This document shows, one piece after another, positions 34,755 to 49,724 of a stretch of 64,000 nt of DNA. Each line of letters begins with the position of its first letter. Position 1 is the stretch's first letter. This DNA is from Takakia lepidozioides (lineage: Eukaryota; Plantae; Bryophyta). The position numbers were made by a program, and so were the translations under genes. The stretch spans positions 80,600,001 to 80,664,000 of the forward strand of contig CM060731.1 in the NCBI GenBank assembly GCA_030704615.1, read 5' to 3'. Below the pieces are notes generated by a model. The model was not told the DNA's origin and searched no databases. It saw only the letters and a program-made list of their open reading frames with translations.

Positions 34755-36151
34755 CACAAAAGATAAAGCTACCCACTATCTAACCACTATTGAAGCTGAA
34801 ATTCGCCTTATATAGGAACAAATTTCTTCTTTTCTTTAAGATTGTTAAAGGAGCGTTGTATCAAGCAATGTGGTTGATGTAATGTCTATGTTGTTGTTCA
34901 CATCCTGCTCCTGAACACTGCATGTTTGTTGTTCTATTTGTCTTGGGTGAGAGTGAGAGTAGGCATCTCTAGAATTGATTTGAAATACACTTTGAAGAGT
35001 TGGGTTTGCTCCTTAGCATGTGGTGGTTTCATATTTGAAAGTTTTCCATTGCATTCCGCTTCTGTCTTTTTTTTACTTCATTTATCCATTGTGACATAGC
35101 TTTCTAGGATTGTATGCTAGGAAATGTAGTTGAATAGCGATGTATGTTGTGGCACGATGCTTATCAACCATGACCACTAGTGTTTAAGGTTTAAATACAA
35201 TTACGTCTTCTACCAATACTTCTTTCATTGTCTATGCTCCAATTGTCACTGTGACATTCATCACAGTACTATAGCAACCTCTGAAAAGTCTCTGCTTCCA
35301 GATACATGAGCTGACATCTCGTCATAGCAAGATGATTATGTAAGCTACGTCTATGCTTACTAAAACTATCTACACGACACACATCCAATGTAAAATATTG
35401 GATAAATAAACCTCTAGATAAAACCTTGTTCTACATGGACCAAACTGTTTTATTTTTTATTATAAAATACCCTAATTGCTCACAATCATAGAGAAACTAA
35501 TAATACCAATAAAATCTATCCCAATTCTATTCTATAAAAGTTTAGTAGCAATGCAAAGCACGCCAATCATTTTATCACTGAACTCATCTCCTAGTGGTAT
35601 GCAATATAGCAACTCGGTGGCCACTTGGATTATAATTAGAATTATTACTTAACGATTCTCAATATTTAGACATGTCAAGTCAAAAGTGACTTTGCAAGGC
35701 ACCAATTGCAAAACATGCATAATCTCATGCAAGTTAATAGTGGTTTCATGTTCATGTAGCAAATAGTCAAGTTTCCAAAAAAATCTCATAAGGTCCATCA
35801 ATTCTTTGTTTTGTCTTTGAAACATGTTTACTTGACTATTATCTTGTACATATATATATTGTCTCTCCTAAAAACAAACAACTAAGAGTATACAAACGTA
35901 CTATTGTGTTATAATTCATAGCTTAATCCTCAAGCACCCACAATATAAATTTGTTTATTCCAAAAAAACTAATCTCTATTTGTCTCTCATATCTCTAGTA
36001 AGTGTTGAGTAACATTACATAATGCTTTGTCCAAAATTTCGGCATTATGATAAATTTCAGCTCTAGATGTTATATTTAACAAGATTGCCCATTTGGCGAG
36101 CCACGTAGACGATGGGCAAGTCAATGGTGTTGAACGCTAGATTTTTTGGCC

Positions 36152-36782
36152 GCTTCTCATTGAAAGATAATAGCGTCTATGGCGGGGCCCCACGTGTAGC
36201 AGAGGGATCGTGAAAGGTAGGAGCGCCCCTACCCGTCGGAGGGTCCATTGCGGCTCGGTCTGTTGCTAGATCTACCGGAGGTCTGCTGCGGTAGGTCCCA
36301 ACCAAGAGGGACCTATCTACAGGCTTTGGTAATGCACATAAAACATTAGTTATTTCAAAGGTTCATAGAAAGCAGTGGGTAGTGTGGTGGTTAACTAGAG
36401 CAACGAATAATGAGCACGAGTTTCGGTGTTCAATTCTTGTCAGGTGGTAATATGTGTTATTAATTATATATTTTGTATACTGGTTCTTTCTGAAATCTTC
36501 TTATGTTCTTCTACGGCGGCGGACCTTTCAGCGGACCGGGCAGGTGTGAGGACTGGGCAGGTGTACTCATAATCCACCGTACACATAGAGTGGATCCTCC
36601 AGCGGACTCTGCAGAGTGGACCCTCTCCAGCGGACAGAGTCCGGTGGACCTTCCAGCAGACTAGAGTATCCAATGGACCCTTCGGCGGACCCGGTGGGTG
36701 GGCTGTGGGCTTATGAGCTGACCACATGGCCGTACGGGCCCATAGGCGCATTTGAAGACGCTATTATCTTAAAATGAGAGGC
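36152..36782. mobile_element. Mutator-like MITE (631 bp)
   Basis: TIRs GCTTCTCATTGAAAGATAATAGCGTCT versus the reverse-complemented right end GCCTCTCATTTTAAGATAATAGCGTCT (24/27 identical); 10-bp TSD TTTTTTGGCC at 36142-36151 and 36783-36792. Confidence 0.9.
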
Positions 36783-38656
36783 TTTTTTGGCCTTGGCACT
36801 TTGAAAAATTCTAGGGAGCAAAGCTTTTCTTATTTTAGGGCGGTGTAAATTCCCACATGTGCTTCTTCCTAACCTGTATAATTTATCTTCACGGTTCCAT
36901 TGTCATCCATGAAAGCTGGATCGTGGCAAAAATCTGACGGGTAGTCTTTGAAAAAGGTTTAACCGCCCCATGTATTGAGTACCCACCAAGTGTTCAAATT
37001 TGAGCAATCAGAGCTATTTGGACAGAGTATATCAGCCATGTGGCAGGGATGGGTGTGCCCATAGTCTCAGGATAAATGGGTTTCATCGAGTCATCCAAAT
37101 GCAACGAAAACTTTGACTTACCTACAGGTTTTTGGGAAAATGAGACAAAATGTGGATCTTGGAATATTATTCAACAGTTTAGAAGAAAATAAAGTGCTGA
37201 GCTACATAGAGCCCATCCCCGACAGGGGCAGTAGTCACAAGGTGAAGTGCTTCTAGATGATGCCTTTGGCTGACGTTCTCTCACAAAATCATCCTATCGG
37301 TGAAAAAACATTAAAGCGATTGACTTTCTATTTTTATCCCCAAAATATTACGTTCCCATTTGTTCGGAGTATTTCACCTGACTTCCCCCAAATTTGGATA
37401 TTAGTGGGAAAGAAGCCAACGCATGATTATTGTTCCCATTTACTTACAAAGCAGCCTATCTCAATTTTTGGAATTTTGGTCTGATTTTTGGGGGAGGCAG
37501 TCCTTTAGGTGCCATATAATCAGGTTATGGAGGGCCGTATCTGGGAAAATTCAACTTGATACTTGAATCTTGTGGTCAAACCATTTTTTCATGCAATTTT
37601 GGAATACGTTTACAAATTGGGGCAGATTTTTTATAATTTCCCAAATGCAATGGTCAAATTGCCTACACTTTTTGACACGACGTGAATGTATATGCATAGA
37701 AGTATAAGGTTCATCCCATGGATGATTGGGGGTAAAGAGTTACACCCTCATCCACGAGGGTATGCATTCTTTTTTAGTGGGCCCACCAAAAGGTAGCTCG
37801 TCGTTTAAGGGTTAAAAATGTGTTTTTTTGTTTTTGGAGAAGAAAGGGAGGGGAGCCCTGTTTATCGAATTAAAGGACAAGGAAATATCACCAATCAGCT
37901 AGTAAGAATCAGGCTACAGAAAACGACAACCATGACATAATCTAACAAGGAGTCTGCCATCTATGAAACATGGCAGAATGGCGAACCTGCAGAATTAAGT
38001 GAGGTAGAAGCAAGGTAGAGCAGAGTAAAGACAGGGGAGAAGCCAAAAAGGCACGAGTCAAAAGGGCTTTTTGTCAAGCTTTTATTTGTTTTTAGCGTTC
38101 CATGCGTTGAACCGCTTTTTATCCAGGAGAGTGATCCGTCCCCACCTTTGGTTGTATCACCCTCGCATGCCAGTGGCTCCTATCCAAATTAGACCAGTCA
38201 ATAGTATGTATAATTCAAGCATGCCAATTGTTCATGCATTGCGGCGTAAATCATACCTTGTCTTACTCAGATCCCAAATCGGGCAGGTCAACTTTCTAAA
38301 TTGTGAGGCCCATTTCGAGGCCCATTTTGGGGAAGAGCAGACTGTGTAAAGACCGCCATCGTTCCCGCCTTCGAAAACGGCAGAAGGGTCCAATCAGCTG
38401 CCCTTCACTGGCGAAAAGACCAACGTGCCCCTTCATGCACCCCCAAAAATCATCCTCTTATGAATTTCATAATGCCGTAGGTGTCTTCCGTTGTGAGATG
38501 AAACTTCCCATCTGAGAAGGTAACAGTTTTAACAAAGGGATTTTTGAGGCGATTTTGACGGGAGACTATAGGAATAATGTAAGAACTTAATGGACACGTG
38601 TGATCTGACGGTACTTTCGCCGGGTTCTCGCAGCCGGCAGGGCACCTGTCAAACGT

Positions 38657-38840
38657 GAGTTACACCGAGTGGAGTTGCACTCCATTCTGTAACCCCAAGT
38701 GGAGTTACATACCTCGTTGTGTAACCCAATGTAACCCTGAGTGGAGTTACACACCTCGTCGTGTAACTTGATGTAACCCCAAGTGGAGTTACACACCTCG
38801 TTGTGTACCCAAGTGTAACCCCGACTTGAGTTTACACTCC
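38657..38840. repeat. Minisatellite, ~42-bp unit, ~3.5 copies
   Basis: GTAACCCCAAGTGGAGTTACACACCTCGTTGTGTAAC.. is repeated. Confidence 0.85.
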
Positions 38841-41343
38841 TTCAGTTCCATGTCACTCTCAAGAGAGGGTGGGGAAGATTTGTTTCCGGCTTACCATCTT
38901 GTCAGAGGTTGCAATTGTGCATTAAGTTCTTACATTATTTCTTACATTATTCCTATTATCTTCCGATTTCTAGGGCTCAGAATTTTGTGTCGTTGTAATG
39001 AGGCTGGTCAGACGATGGGGCCCGCCTTCTCATTAATATAGGAGCAAACTACCATCATGCAGCGAGAACTTAGAATTTTTTTGGCATATGAAATTTACAC
39101 CTACCTCCATGCAGGTAGTCTTAGGATTTTCTACATGAATGTAGTTGCAAAACCAAGCTGAAACTACCTGCATGAGAGTAACTACATACCCTCCTCCCTT
39201 GGAGGTAGTTGTAGTCAGCGCCTACCACTGAAATCTCGTTCAGGGAAGGGAACCCGAGACCTGCATCGCCTCATCGTCATCGACCTACAACCAGACCACA
39301 ACCTCCACCATGCCATGTAACGGTAGTTTTTCTTATATATAAGAGAAACTGGGGAATAGGGATCGTTTTAATGTAGCGGGCCCGCTGTCAGGTCCCTGTC
39401 CCCTCTGCACCCTGCGGCCACTTTACGAACGAGGCCACACAAAATTCAGAGGCGATTTTTAGGGGTTGATTCACCAATGCTTTATTCTAACAACTCTAGA
39501 TTAGTAGACCGATTGTTGATGGTGCTAAAGTGTTGAGATTTGCTGACAACCAAGTTGTAGCCCAGTGGTAATGGCCACCTACTTCCTGGGAAATGGTTGT
39601 GGCTTCTATACACTGGCTAGTGTCACAAACGTGTCCACCTTCCTACGGGAAGGCCGTAGAGTAGCCCTTTGGTGTCAAGAGACACCATCTTGACACCATA
39701 ATTTGTTATACATTATTATTGAGCTCTGTTTAAGCTATGCAAAAAATGGCATTCATGTTTAGGATTAGTTTCTTTTCTAGGGGCTTGGGCTTTTTGAGGT
39801 GGTGTCATTAGTAACAATTAAATTTGTTATTCTTGGTATGCATTGTATGATGTTGGAGGATGTGTTTTTGTGTGAATAAATTGAGTTGCAAGTGGAATCT
39901 TGAGATGAGTTCGATAATGTCCTGAGTTTATGGACAAAAAGATTCTACTCTATGAGCAAAGACATCTTTATATATTCCTGATTATATCCCTACAAAACAA
40001 CCATTCACCATAGAGTCATGGAAAATCCCTGTAGGAGGAGGAATTGTGCTTCATTAGTGTAAAGATGAAAAAAAGAAAGAAAAAGATGATGGGTTGACAT
40101 CCATATATTAACCAAGCAACTAAAATTAAAAAGTAATAATAATCTACAAACGCTGGGGCCACTGCCTATGCATGGTCCAATCCGCCTATGTTTAATTTAA
40201 TTTAATTTTTGGTTCTCTTTTTCTTATTGAATAGTGTGACGGTAGTTTCAAATCCATTCCACCATCGTTTCCGACACCTATGTAGTATCTTATTCTTATT
40301 TTTAAGAGATCAGGCACCCTACCGACTTGGCCCAAAAAACCAAATTATAAGAAGGAAAAAATTAAATTAAAACCAAAGTAGTACCCTAAGAAAACATGCA
40401 GTTGGAATTTGAGAGAATCTAGGGCAAGTAACACAGAGTCCAACTCTCTCAGATTCTCTAGGATTCTCTTAGATTCTCGCAAATTTTTCTTCCTGTCACT
40501 GTCACGGCTCAGCACCGGGCCCTCAACTGCCAGCCGAGACGCTCCCTCACTTTTCAGCGAATCACAGCCAAACCCAATCTCAGCCGTTCACGCCACCGCG
40601 CAATTACTTCGCGGGACCACGTTTGCACCCAGAGTTGCGGCTGACGTTAGGATGATTCGCACCCTGGGATTTGAACCGGGGACCATGCGCCTAAAGTGCG
40701 CTGCGCCAGAGAGATCAAGGACCGTCCGCTTTTTTGCCCCGACATGCGCTCCCCACACTTGTCAGAGCTTGGCAGACCTCGTTTTTAACGACTCTACTTT
40801 GCGCGTCTTCGAGGTCCCGTTACTCTGCCGTGCCACGTCTTGGCGCTTCCCCTTCCTGCCAGGCGGTCGCGCAGGACAGGTGGCCGATTACCATTGGGCT
40901 CGACGATAGTTGTTCTCCTTCTCCTCTCCTTGTTCTGCAGGCTTTTGATGGACAGAGAGTGGCCTCCTCATCCACCAGAACCTGGTCACGGGCATCGACT
41001 GCCACCACGCAACCATCCTTGGATCACCACACTTTTTAAATGGCCACCCCCCATTAGGTGCACCATCCCAGGCCTATACGGCATGGGCAGGTGGGACGAT
41101 ATTTTGGACCATCATCTTCTATAGCGAGACCCTGCCCCAAAAAAGAACCATCGACTCTAATATACATAGATATAAAATAGAAATAATATACATAGATATT
41201 ATAAGAATTTTATATATATATATATTTTCACTCATATTTAGTTTTGGTACCCATTTAGTCCGAGTAAAGCGGCGCAGCCGGTCGTGGTGGTGGCCGGGAA
41301 AGGTTCCCGGTGGGAAACCGACGGAAAGTCTCACGGAGAGGTA

Positions 41344-41366
41344 GAGAGAGAGAGAGAGAGAGAGAG
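41344..41366 (+). repeat. (GA)n microsatellite in the probable 5' UTR/promoter of KAS II
   Basis: GAGAGA run; a probable 5'-UTR intron ends at ttgcAG 42223. Confidence 0.7.
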
Positions 41367-42265
41367 GGCCCACCGAGGGCCGTCTCTCGATGGGGCTGTA
41401 CTGTGCTCGGGTGTGCACGCTGGGAGGTAGCAGATGTTGGGAGGGTGGGTGCGGGGTGGTTACAAAAGAGCCTACAGGCTGCGTCTTGTTTGATGCCGCA
41501 TTGCTTGAGGGAGAAGAGGAGGTGCAGTGGATGTAATGCCTTGGTCTTCTTGAACTAGTAGCGCAGTTTCAGTTCGTCTTTTGTCAAGTGGTTTGGAGTT
41601 TGAGTAGAGAGGGCTTTAGGTTATCCGGGGATGCTTGCTGCATCTGTCTGATTCTTTTTCCGGACGTCTTCTGCTGGTGGTGGTGTGGTTTTGGAGCAAT
41701 CACGTGGTTGTGCCATTGGTGTGCCGTCCATTTGGTTGGTAGCATTGCGAATTCGTCTTCTCAGCGTGTAAGCCGTTTTTAAACCTTGTGCTTTTTGACA
41801 TGAAGTGTTGATTCCCAGGTACTTGCTACATTGCACTTTCCATCACATCAAAAACGTTGACACACTTGCGTGCAGAGACCTTCGCCATGAAGTGCAAACG
41901 TGATGTGCTAAAGCGTTGCAGCCATCCGTTTGCAGCTGCTTGTCGCATGTGTGCTGCGGAGTGATTCAATCTCTTGTCTTCTTTCCTACTGTAATCTGCG
42001 TAGAACACCTAAATAACGGAAAGTCGGAGTATGCTACTTCTCTCGTGTTAGACAGTCTGGCATCCTGTGTCTATCTCCCTTCGGGTTTGGGCGCGGACGT
42101 TCTTGTGCCCTGCTAATCTGCTCAATCTCTCTGTTGTGAGAGCGCACACCTGGCCTCTTTTTTTTAGTCTTTCGTGGTCGCATAGCCGTCTTCAATCTTC
42201 ATCGTTCTGGCTATTGTTTGCAGACAATTTACAGAGGATTGGGGCAGTGCGGTGAGATTGGAGTG

Positions 42266-45200
42266 ATGGCATTTGTAGCGGCGTCGCCGTTATGTACCTG
42301 GCTTTTTGCTGCTTGTGTATCTAGAACAATATCAGGGTTCTCAGGGGATGATGTTCCTATAAGCTCAGGGCCTCTAGGTAGGAGACTCAGGAGAAGAAGC
42401 GCCCGCTCCAAGCAGCTGGCAGGGGAAAGCCGGGCACCTATTGGTGCAGGGGCTTTGTCAGGACAAAATTTAGCAGCGTTCTGTGAATCTGGTCTCTCTG
42501 GTCTAGGATCCTGCTTTTCATTCGAAGGATGTCCCGAGTACAACAATTTGAAGCTTTCATCCCTGTTTGGAGATGGCTTGGGAGGATTCGGAACCAGGCA
42601 TGTTCGAGCTGGCCGCAGGCACAGGAAAACTGGAACAGGTAGGGAAATGTTGCACTAGTTCTTGTCATGTAGATCATACCATCGACAATGCATGATGTTC
42701 CTTATTAAAAGGAGCAAATTTCGATTTGACTAGATTTAAGTCAGTGACCCGAACTGTGTAAATTGTTTGACGGGCAATGGTATTCCCAGTCTATGTGCAT
42801 GGTAAATGTGTTACTGGTTACTGGAAATGTCTGCCAGCAGAAATGCAAGTCTGTGAAGTGATATTGCCAGTTGACCCTGATCGGTTAGAGCAGTGTGGGG
42901 AGAGTCACAACAGGGTGGGGCCTCTTCCAATCATTTCATGTGCTGGTCTTTGTGGACATGCAAAGTCATTGCCTGTCTCCTCTGTTAGTGCTTGTTGCAT
43001 TCATGCATACGATGTCTGTATGACTGTGAGCAATTCATGGTCATTATGTTCCTAAGCTTCGGGCTCCTTTAGTGTTCTTCTTTACTTTACACATATCAAG
43101 TCTTTGGGGCAAGGTCATGTAAACTTGGTAAACTTGTTGGTCATGAATTTTGTAACAGTAGATATGATCAATTTGCCCCTGCTATCTTTTTGTCAAGGGG
43201 TTGTCTTGAAGTCATGTATGCAGATTGAGTTGTGGATGACTGACTGCTGGGAGGTAGGTGACGAGTTAGAGCTGTAGTAAGGGGGAGTTTGTGAACTTAC
43301 CTCTCAATGTAATGGTTGTGACTGCAAGTACAAGGCTGCACCCTAATGGTTATAGAATCTTGTGTGTGCGCTAGCGATTGACTCTCAGATTTAGAAATTT
43401 AATTTAGAACTACAATAAATGTTGGTCAGCCTGACGGCCTTGGTTTTGGCTGCCGCATTTGTCACTAGTTATTTGCACAATTGATTATCTGGTGATGTCT
43501 TAGAAACTTCTGTGGTTTTGTTTCTCACTTGCAGGGAAAGCCATGGCAATTGCCTTGCAACCTGTCAGAGAGACACCGGAGAAGAAGAAAACAGCACAAA
43601 AGCAGAGAAGGGTAGTCATTACTGGTATGGGAGTTGTTTCCTGTCTTGGCCATGATCCTGATACCTTCTATGACAATCTGCTTGAGGGAAAGAGTGGCAT
43701 CAGTCCAATAGAGGGCTTTGAGTGCAAGCAATTCCCAACGGTAAGCTCTCTGTATCCTTAAATGCGAGCAATTGGACCTTACTCTTTTCTCTTTAATCTC
43801 GATACTAATTGGTTGTGGTTGGGTGAACAACTTGACTGTGTTTTAGCAGTTGTCTAATCTTATGAAAGCCTTATTATCATCTAGTGTTGTCTACTCAAGG
43901 TGCTATTCCCAGACAGTATGAAGACTCTTCTAGGTGGTCTTTGCAAACTAACATTGCCTTTGTGAAGCTGCAATGGTTACCACTTCAATGTATTCCTGAA
44001 TTTGCAAGTACTATACCATTTGACTAACTCTTTTGGTTGTGGTTGGCAGAGATTTGCTGGTGAAATAAAGTCATTCTCTACAGAAGGCTGGGTGGCTGCA
44101 AAGTTTGCTAGGCGGATGGACAAGTTCATGCTCTATCTGCTAACAGCAGGGAAGAAGGCTGTACAAGACGCAGGAATCACGGATGAAGTTATGAAGGGCT
44201 TGGATAAATCTAAGTGTGGTGTTCTCATTGGATCTGCAATGGGAGGCATGCAGGTATATACTATGGGTAGTCTAGTTTGACCATTCTGCCTGGAGGGTTA
44301 AGAGTTGAGCTGTCATTGTCTTTACCTTTAAGGAGTTTCATGAGTGGAAAGGGCTGGTTCTCTTTTGATTTGTTATGTGTAATGTATAGTGTCTCGGGAG
44401 TTTCTGTTATGGTGTTAGTGGTTTTGAGTAGTGACTTTCCAAAGCTTTGTCTCATGTATTGCATGTCATGTTGGGTAGGAGAGTCACATTGGGGTTCTTA
44501 CAGACAATAACAGGCAGCAATTGTGTGGGTTCCTTGTGGCCAGGTTTTCAATGATGCTGTTGAGGCTCTACGGGTCTCTTATCGAAAAATGAACCCATTC
44601 TGTGTACCGTTTGCAACAACAAATATGGGCTCTGCCATGCTTGCGATGGACTTGGTGAGCTAAAGCTAAATAAGTTTTCACCAGCTGAAACAGACTGTAC
44701 TTTCTCATCAGCTTATGTATGGAGTCTTTGTACCTTTTGTATGTTAGTTTGGAGGACACAACTGTCATTGTCTTTACCTTTAAGGAGTAGTTGCAGTAAT
44801 TGATTGATGACTCTAGTATTGGCAGAGATGGGAATATCTGGTCTGTGCCTAGCTTATTGCACTTGGCTCACTTCTAAACTTCATCTGCTGCAGGGATGGA
44901 TGGGACCAAATTACTCCATCTCCACAGCTTGCGCCACAAGCAACTTCTGTATTCTGAGTGCTGCAAACCACATTCTCAGGGGTGAAGCTGTAAGTCCCAT
45001 CGGACTCTTGCATCAGATGCATCTGTTTCACCCCTGCTTTGCAGACATTATAGATTGGTGACACTGGTGATCTCCTCTATGTTGGTTTTCATGAGTTCCG
45101 AATTTATGATTTAGACCAGAAACTTTGTCAAAGCAACCGGAGTGCATTGAGACGGGTTGGCAGTCGTGGCATCACTTGTGAAATGCATGTGGTATACTGT

Positions 45201-48200
45201 ACCAGGTTTTTCCCGTAGTACATGCTGCTGGTTGAAGAATGCACAACTCATAGGACTAAATTTTCAACATATTCTATTGTTTGCAGGATGTTATGCTGTC
45301 AGGTGGATCTGATGCAGCAATCATTCCTATTGGTAATTCTCGATTGGTCCATCAGCAATGGCACTAAATTAAGCTATTAGCAAAACTTTTGGTGCCTATC
45401 AATTGCTGAGTTAGGTCATTCGTCACACACTATGGGGTGATTAATTATTTAGGAAGCAAACTGTGGATGTTGTCATGTTTTTGCAGGTCAACTGGCGTGA
45501 CTGGGGGTTACTTGTCATAGATGCGGGATTGTTCTCCTGCTGAGTAAGTCAGCTGTCAGGACGTACTCTGAGGGCAATAATCCGGTCAAGTGGAAAAGAG
45601 CGGTGCAAGTTTCCTCCCACTAATTGGGTTTGGGTAATCCTTTTGGATATGTGCAGGATTAGGAGGATTTGTTGCCTGCAGAGCTCTTTCACAGCGCAAT
45701 GAGGATCCTGTAAAGGCCTCAAGGCCTTGGGATTCGGTACAATTTTTCCCTTGTACTTTATTTTTCCTATCTGTTTCTTTTCCAGCTGTACACTGATGAG
45801 GCACTTTCACTTTGTCCTGGCAAGGTTCTTGGCAAACTGGCCATCTCCCTCCCAATTTTAATGTGATAATGTTGACAGGCTCTGGGTCAAGTACAGTGAG
45901 TCCCTGTCGCAGTGTGGATGCTTTGAGAACCCAGGAACTTGGAGGTTTAGCTAGCTAGATATCAGGAACACAGCATCTTAGGTCAGATATGAGAAACCTT
46001 ATGTCTTCAGCTCCTCATCCTGTGATGTCTCTGGTTATGAAGGAGCGGGACGGGTTCGTCATGGGAGAGGGAGCAGGTGTTCTCCTGCTGGAGGAACTCG
46101 AGCATGCTAAGGTATATGTGCTTTCACTAAGACTGAAATGCTTAGATTGTTGGACACTGCAGATGAAAGTAGGGAGCTGTAGTGATCTATTATGTTTTTG
46201 CATGCTTCCTAAGCTGGTAATATAGAAGGAGTCTGTGGATGGCCAATGGTCATGTTCAGTTGTTAGCATAACCTTCCATCTCAAGCATTGTGCTGTAAAT
46301 TCAACACTCTTCCATGTAGTGTCTGCGTAGCCAATCAGCTGCATTTTGAATTGTTTTTACCTAGTTTGGAAACTCACTTCTGGTTGGTCTTTCCTGTGTT
46401 GTAGAGTCGAGGAGCGGAAATTTATGCTGAATTTTTGGGAGGGAGCTTCACATGTGATGCTTACCATATGACTGAGCCTCATCCTGATGGTTTGTACCTT
46501 ATTCCCTAAAGGCTTTGGGCTAAACTCGTATGCCGACTGTGCTGTTCTTGTATTAGGTGAATCTGGTTGCGCTAAATAGTGAGGTGTGGTATGAGTCATG
46601 TTCTTACTTCGTGGCATGCATGTTTTACCCATGGCATGTTTAGGGATGAATATCATGGAACATTTTTATTACTGAGTCCTTCTCGAGTTTGACATAGACT
46701 TCAATCTTGCCAGGATGCTGACTCTTGTTGGTTGAATTATGCAACATCTATAAGTTCCTGAAGGGGGTTGGTTTGGAGGCTTGTTCCCAAAGTTCCTATC
46801 AACTTAAAAGTGTAGGTTTGCTCTATAGTGGCTTATGGGCTGTGTTGTGCCAGACATCATTGACCTGAATGTCTGTTCAAGTTGTCCAGACGTATTCTTC
46901 TCTTGGCTTAAAAGGTACTTGTGACAGCAGGAGCTGGTGTGCTACTTTGTATAGAGAAGGCCTTGACACAGGCAGGAGTAAGGAGGCAAGATGTGAATTA
47001 TGTGAATGCTCATGCAACCTCAACACGGGCTGGTGATCTCCAGGAATATAAGGCTCTTATGCGGTCCTTCGGTGAAAATCCTGAGGTATGAGCGACGGTA
47101 AACTTTGATGCTTTCTTTCAAACCTGTTATCTTCATACTATTCTGAAAGTTGTGAGATCATACAATAGTCTTTTTGCAGCAATCATGAGGTGACTTATGC
47201 CATGTATGTCACCTGCATATGAATGCAGTTGGGCCTGTGTGAGTGGTAAACTGAAGTATGGATTGAGGTCTCCTTCGATTAGTTCATGAGAGGACTCGAT
47301 TCAGTTATGCATGAAATGGCATCCTTGTGAATAGCAAAGCTTACTAAGCCGCAAAAGTCAGGATATCCTGTAGCAGTCTTGAATTCTTGTTGTTGTGAAG
47401 GTTTTAATAGGGTAGAGTGTGGCTTACGATATATCTCACTGTAAAATATGACTGTGATTTGAATGCTGTCTTGGTGACAGAAAGTATATCATCAATATGA
47501 TTGCTTGTCTCTGGAAAGAGCTGGAATCACATGTTGGGTATCACCCTTAAATTGAAGGTGTGAAATTCGGTAGCTAAATATGGGGGGCGTTTTGCAGTTA
47601 AGAGTTAACTCCACAAAGTCCATGATTGGCCACTTGCTGGGAGCTGCTGGTGCAGTGGAAGCTATTGCAACTGTCCAGGTATATTTCACATGGATTTTTG
47701 TATTACTCAGGTTCCTACATGGTATATGAAGCGTTGCCATGTCAAATGTTGGGCCAGTTTCTTTTTTATCAGCAGATGTAGCTCCACGTGTTCACATATC
47801 ATGGCATTTCCGTCCCAGCGTCTGATGAGTTAGATCAGCTCAGCCTGCCATAGCTTGTGTTGTTTCTTTTAAGGGTTTAATTTTTGGACATGATAAGAAT
47901 CATTGCTAGTTATTTGAGCAATACTCACCTGAGAATCAGGGGCAGATAAGGCAGCTGGTGTCTTGTGATGTAGCTTTTGTGTTGATATCTGTAATTCTGG
48001 GACCTTTGCTCTTGAAATTCTTCAAAATCTGGCTGCAGACCTGGCCTCCGTAGGCATAGCCTAAGGTTGGTTGGAGCACGTCATTTGTGTGAATGGTTCA
48101 CCTTCGGTGAATAAATCTTCTGAAATGTCTTCATCATGTATTATTTCAGATTTTGCAGATGTTTCCGCTTTGATTCATTGAGTTCTTTCGATGTGTCTAT

Positions 48201-48781
48201 GCAGGCTATCCGATCAGGCTGGGTTCATCCGACTATTAACATCGAAAGTCCTGAAAGCGAAGTGGTAAGAATTGCTTTTTTCGTATAAATTGACTTCCCA
48301 TTTGTGTTTGATGTCCCAACAGATTCTGTTTTGGATAGTCATTTGCCAGCCTTCATGCTGTGAGAACTACCCTAGAATGGATAGTGCCTCTGATTATGAT
48401 TTGGCAATCACAATTCCTTACTGGATTATCTGGAGGGTCTCACTCATTGGCATGTATAACAGGTACATTTACCCCCATCTTAGTGCAATGAAGATCTATT
48501 TGTTTGGTTACCAGTGACGAATTGAGGGTTAATTATACAGAATTATGAATCTCAAAAATGTGGATGCTAGAATGATTCTATGTTGCATCACTCCAGCCAG
48601 TCTGCACTCTTAACCTTTTTCGTATTGGAATTGTTCATTTGGGGAGCAGGACATGAACGTGATTGTAGGAGATAAGAAGCAGAGACTGGACATCAAGGTG
48701 GCCTTGTCAAATTCATTCGGGTTCGGGGGCCACAATTCATCAGTTCTTTTTGCACCCTACATCGAGACCAAAGAAAACTAG
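42266..48781 (+). CDS. KASII: Plastid 3-oxoacyl-[ACP] synthase II (KAS II / FabF), 13 exons
   Basis: Exons 42266-42638, 43535-43740, 44050-44253, 44544-44654, 44894-44989, 45287-45332, 45657-45736, 46043-46111, 46405-46489, 46931-47085, 47598-47678, 48205-48264 and 48650-48781, all GT-AG. KAS II-type transit motif [11 protein letters not shown]; RRVVITGMG; catalytic [16 protein letters not shown] and GHLLGAAG; [11 protein letters not shown]. Confidence 0.96.
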
Positions 48782-49724
48782 TGTATGAGAGTTGCTTATC
48801 TTTTCCTACAGATTCTGTAAGCCTCTTTCTACCCCTATAGCTGCATCAGACGGGAACCAGCACTACAGTCCCAGGTGTGAGAAGTGTATGGTTTTTTCCT
48901 GGATACGCGGCAATGACATGATATCTCATCTTTAGCAGTTGCTGCAATGAAAGATGTACAGTGAGTGAGAAGGGGGGCATCTTCCAATTTGGGATGCCCA
49001 TACACATTCAGGTGTTGTATGCCCGGCCAGGTGGAGGGGTTGGGGCTGAAGCTTGGGCTTAGTTATGTCCTTGTGTAGTTATGTGGATGAGACACAACAC
49101 TTCCATTTTTCACCTTGTAGAGGTCCTTCATACAGTTTCTGTGAAAAGTGGTCAGCTACTGGGGTCTCTTGAGGAAGAGTGAAGTTGGGAGGCTCACATT
49201 GTATTTTCATCCAAGCAATTTTGCTTGCATCCTTTGATATTGACAAGAAATCTTACCAATCAATATCTTGAATGCTCCCTGCAATTGAGTACCTCGGTCA
49301 AAGCTGATAAGACCACCAACACGGAAGGTTCTTATTGAGGGATCACTAAGGTAAGCATGTGTTGTCAGTTTTCTCATCAGAGTGTTGATATGTATTGAAA
49401 TGGAGGAGGCTGCTCTGTAATTTTCGTGGTGAAAGGAGTGCGGTTGCTGTTGTGGCAATGCAATGTACTGTCAGTGTGAGGTAGAGCTTGTCATCACTTA
49501 GTCTTTAAGCTGGGAGGGTGTGTGTGGCCCTCCTCCCCTTTCATATAGTGGATGGGCCACTGATTAAGGCACAAGGCCTTGTAAGCGGTTATGGGTTGAA
49601 AGCTACATAAGTGTTCTCTTGAATGTTGCCCATTACAGCCAACCCAATTAGGGGTCACTATGTCAACTGGTCACCTAATGTAAGTATATGGGGCATGCGA
49701 GATGTAGAAAGTCTGCGAAAAGCT

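Noticed and set aside
34540-35200. Possible degenerate hAT transposase C-terminus (..SMWWFHI*KFS..)
   Set aside because: Too decayed to support by eye; a tBLASTn/HMM search would be needed.
38657-38840. Short regularly spaced repeats resembling a CRISPR array (also 27269-27371 and 53430-53680)
   Set aside because: The units are contiguous tandem copies without unique spacers, the context is eukaryotic, and there are no cas genes.
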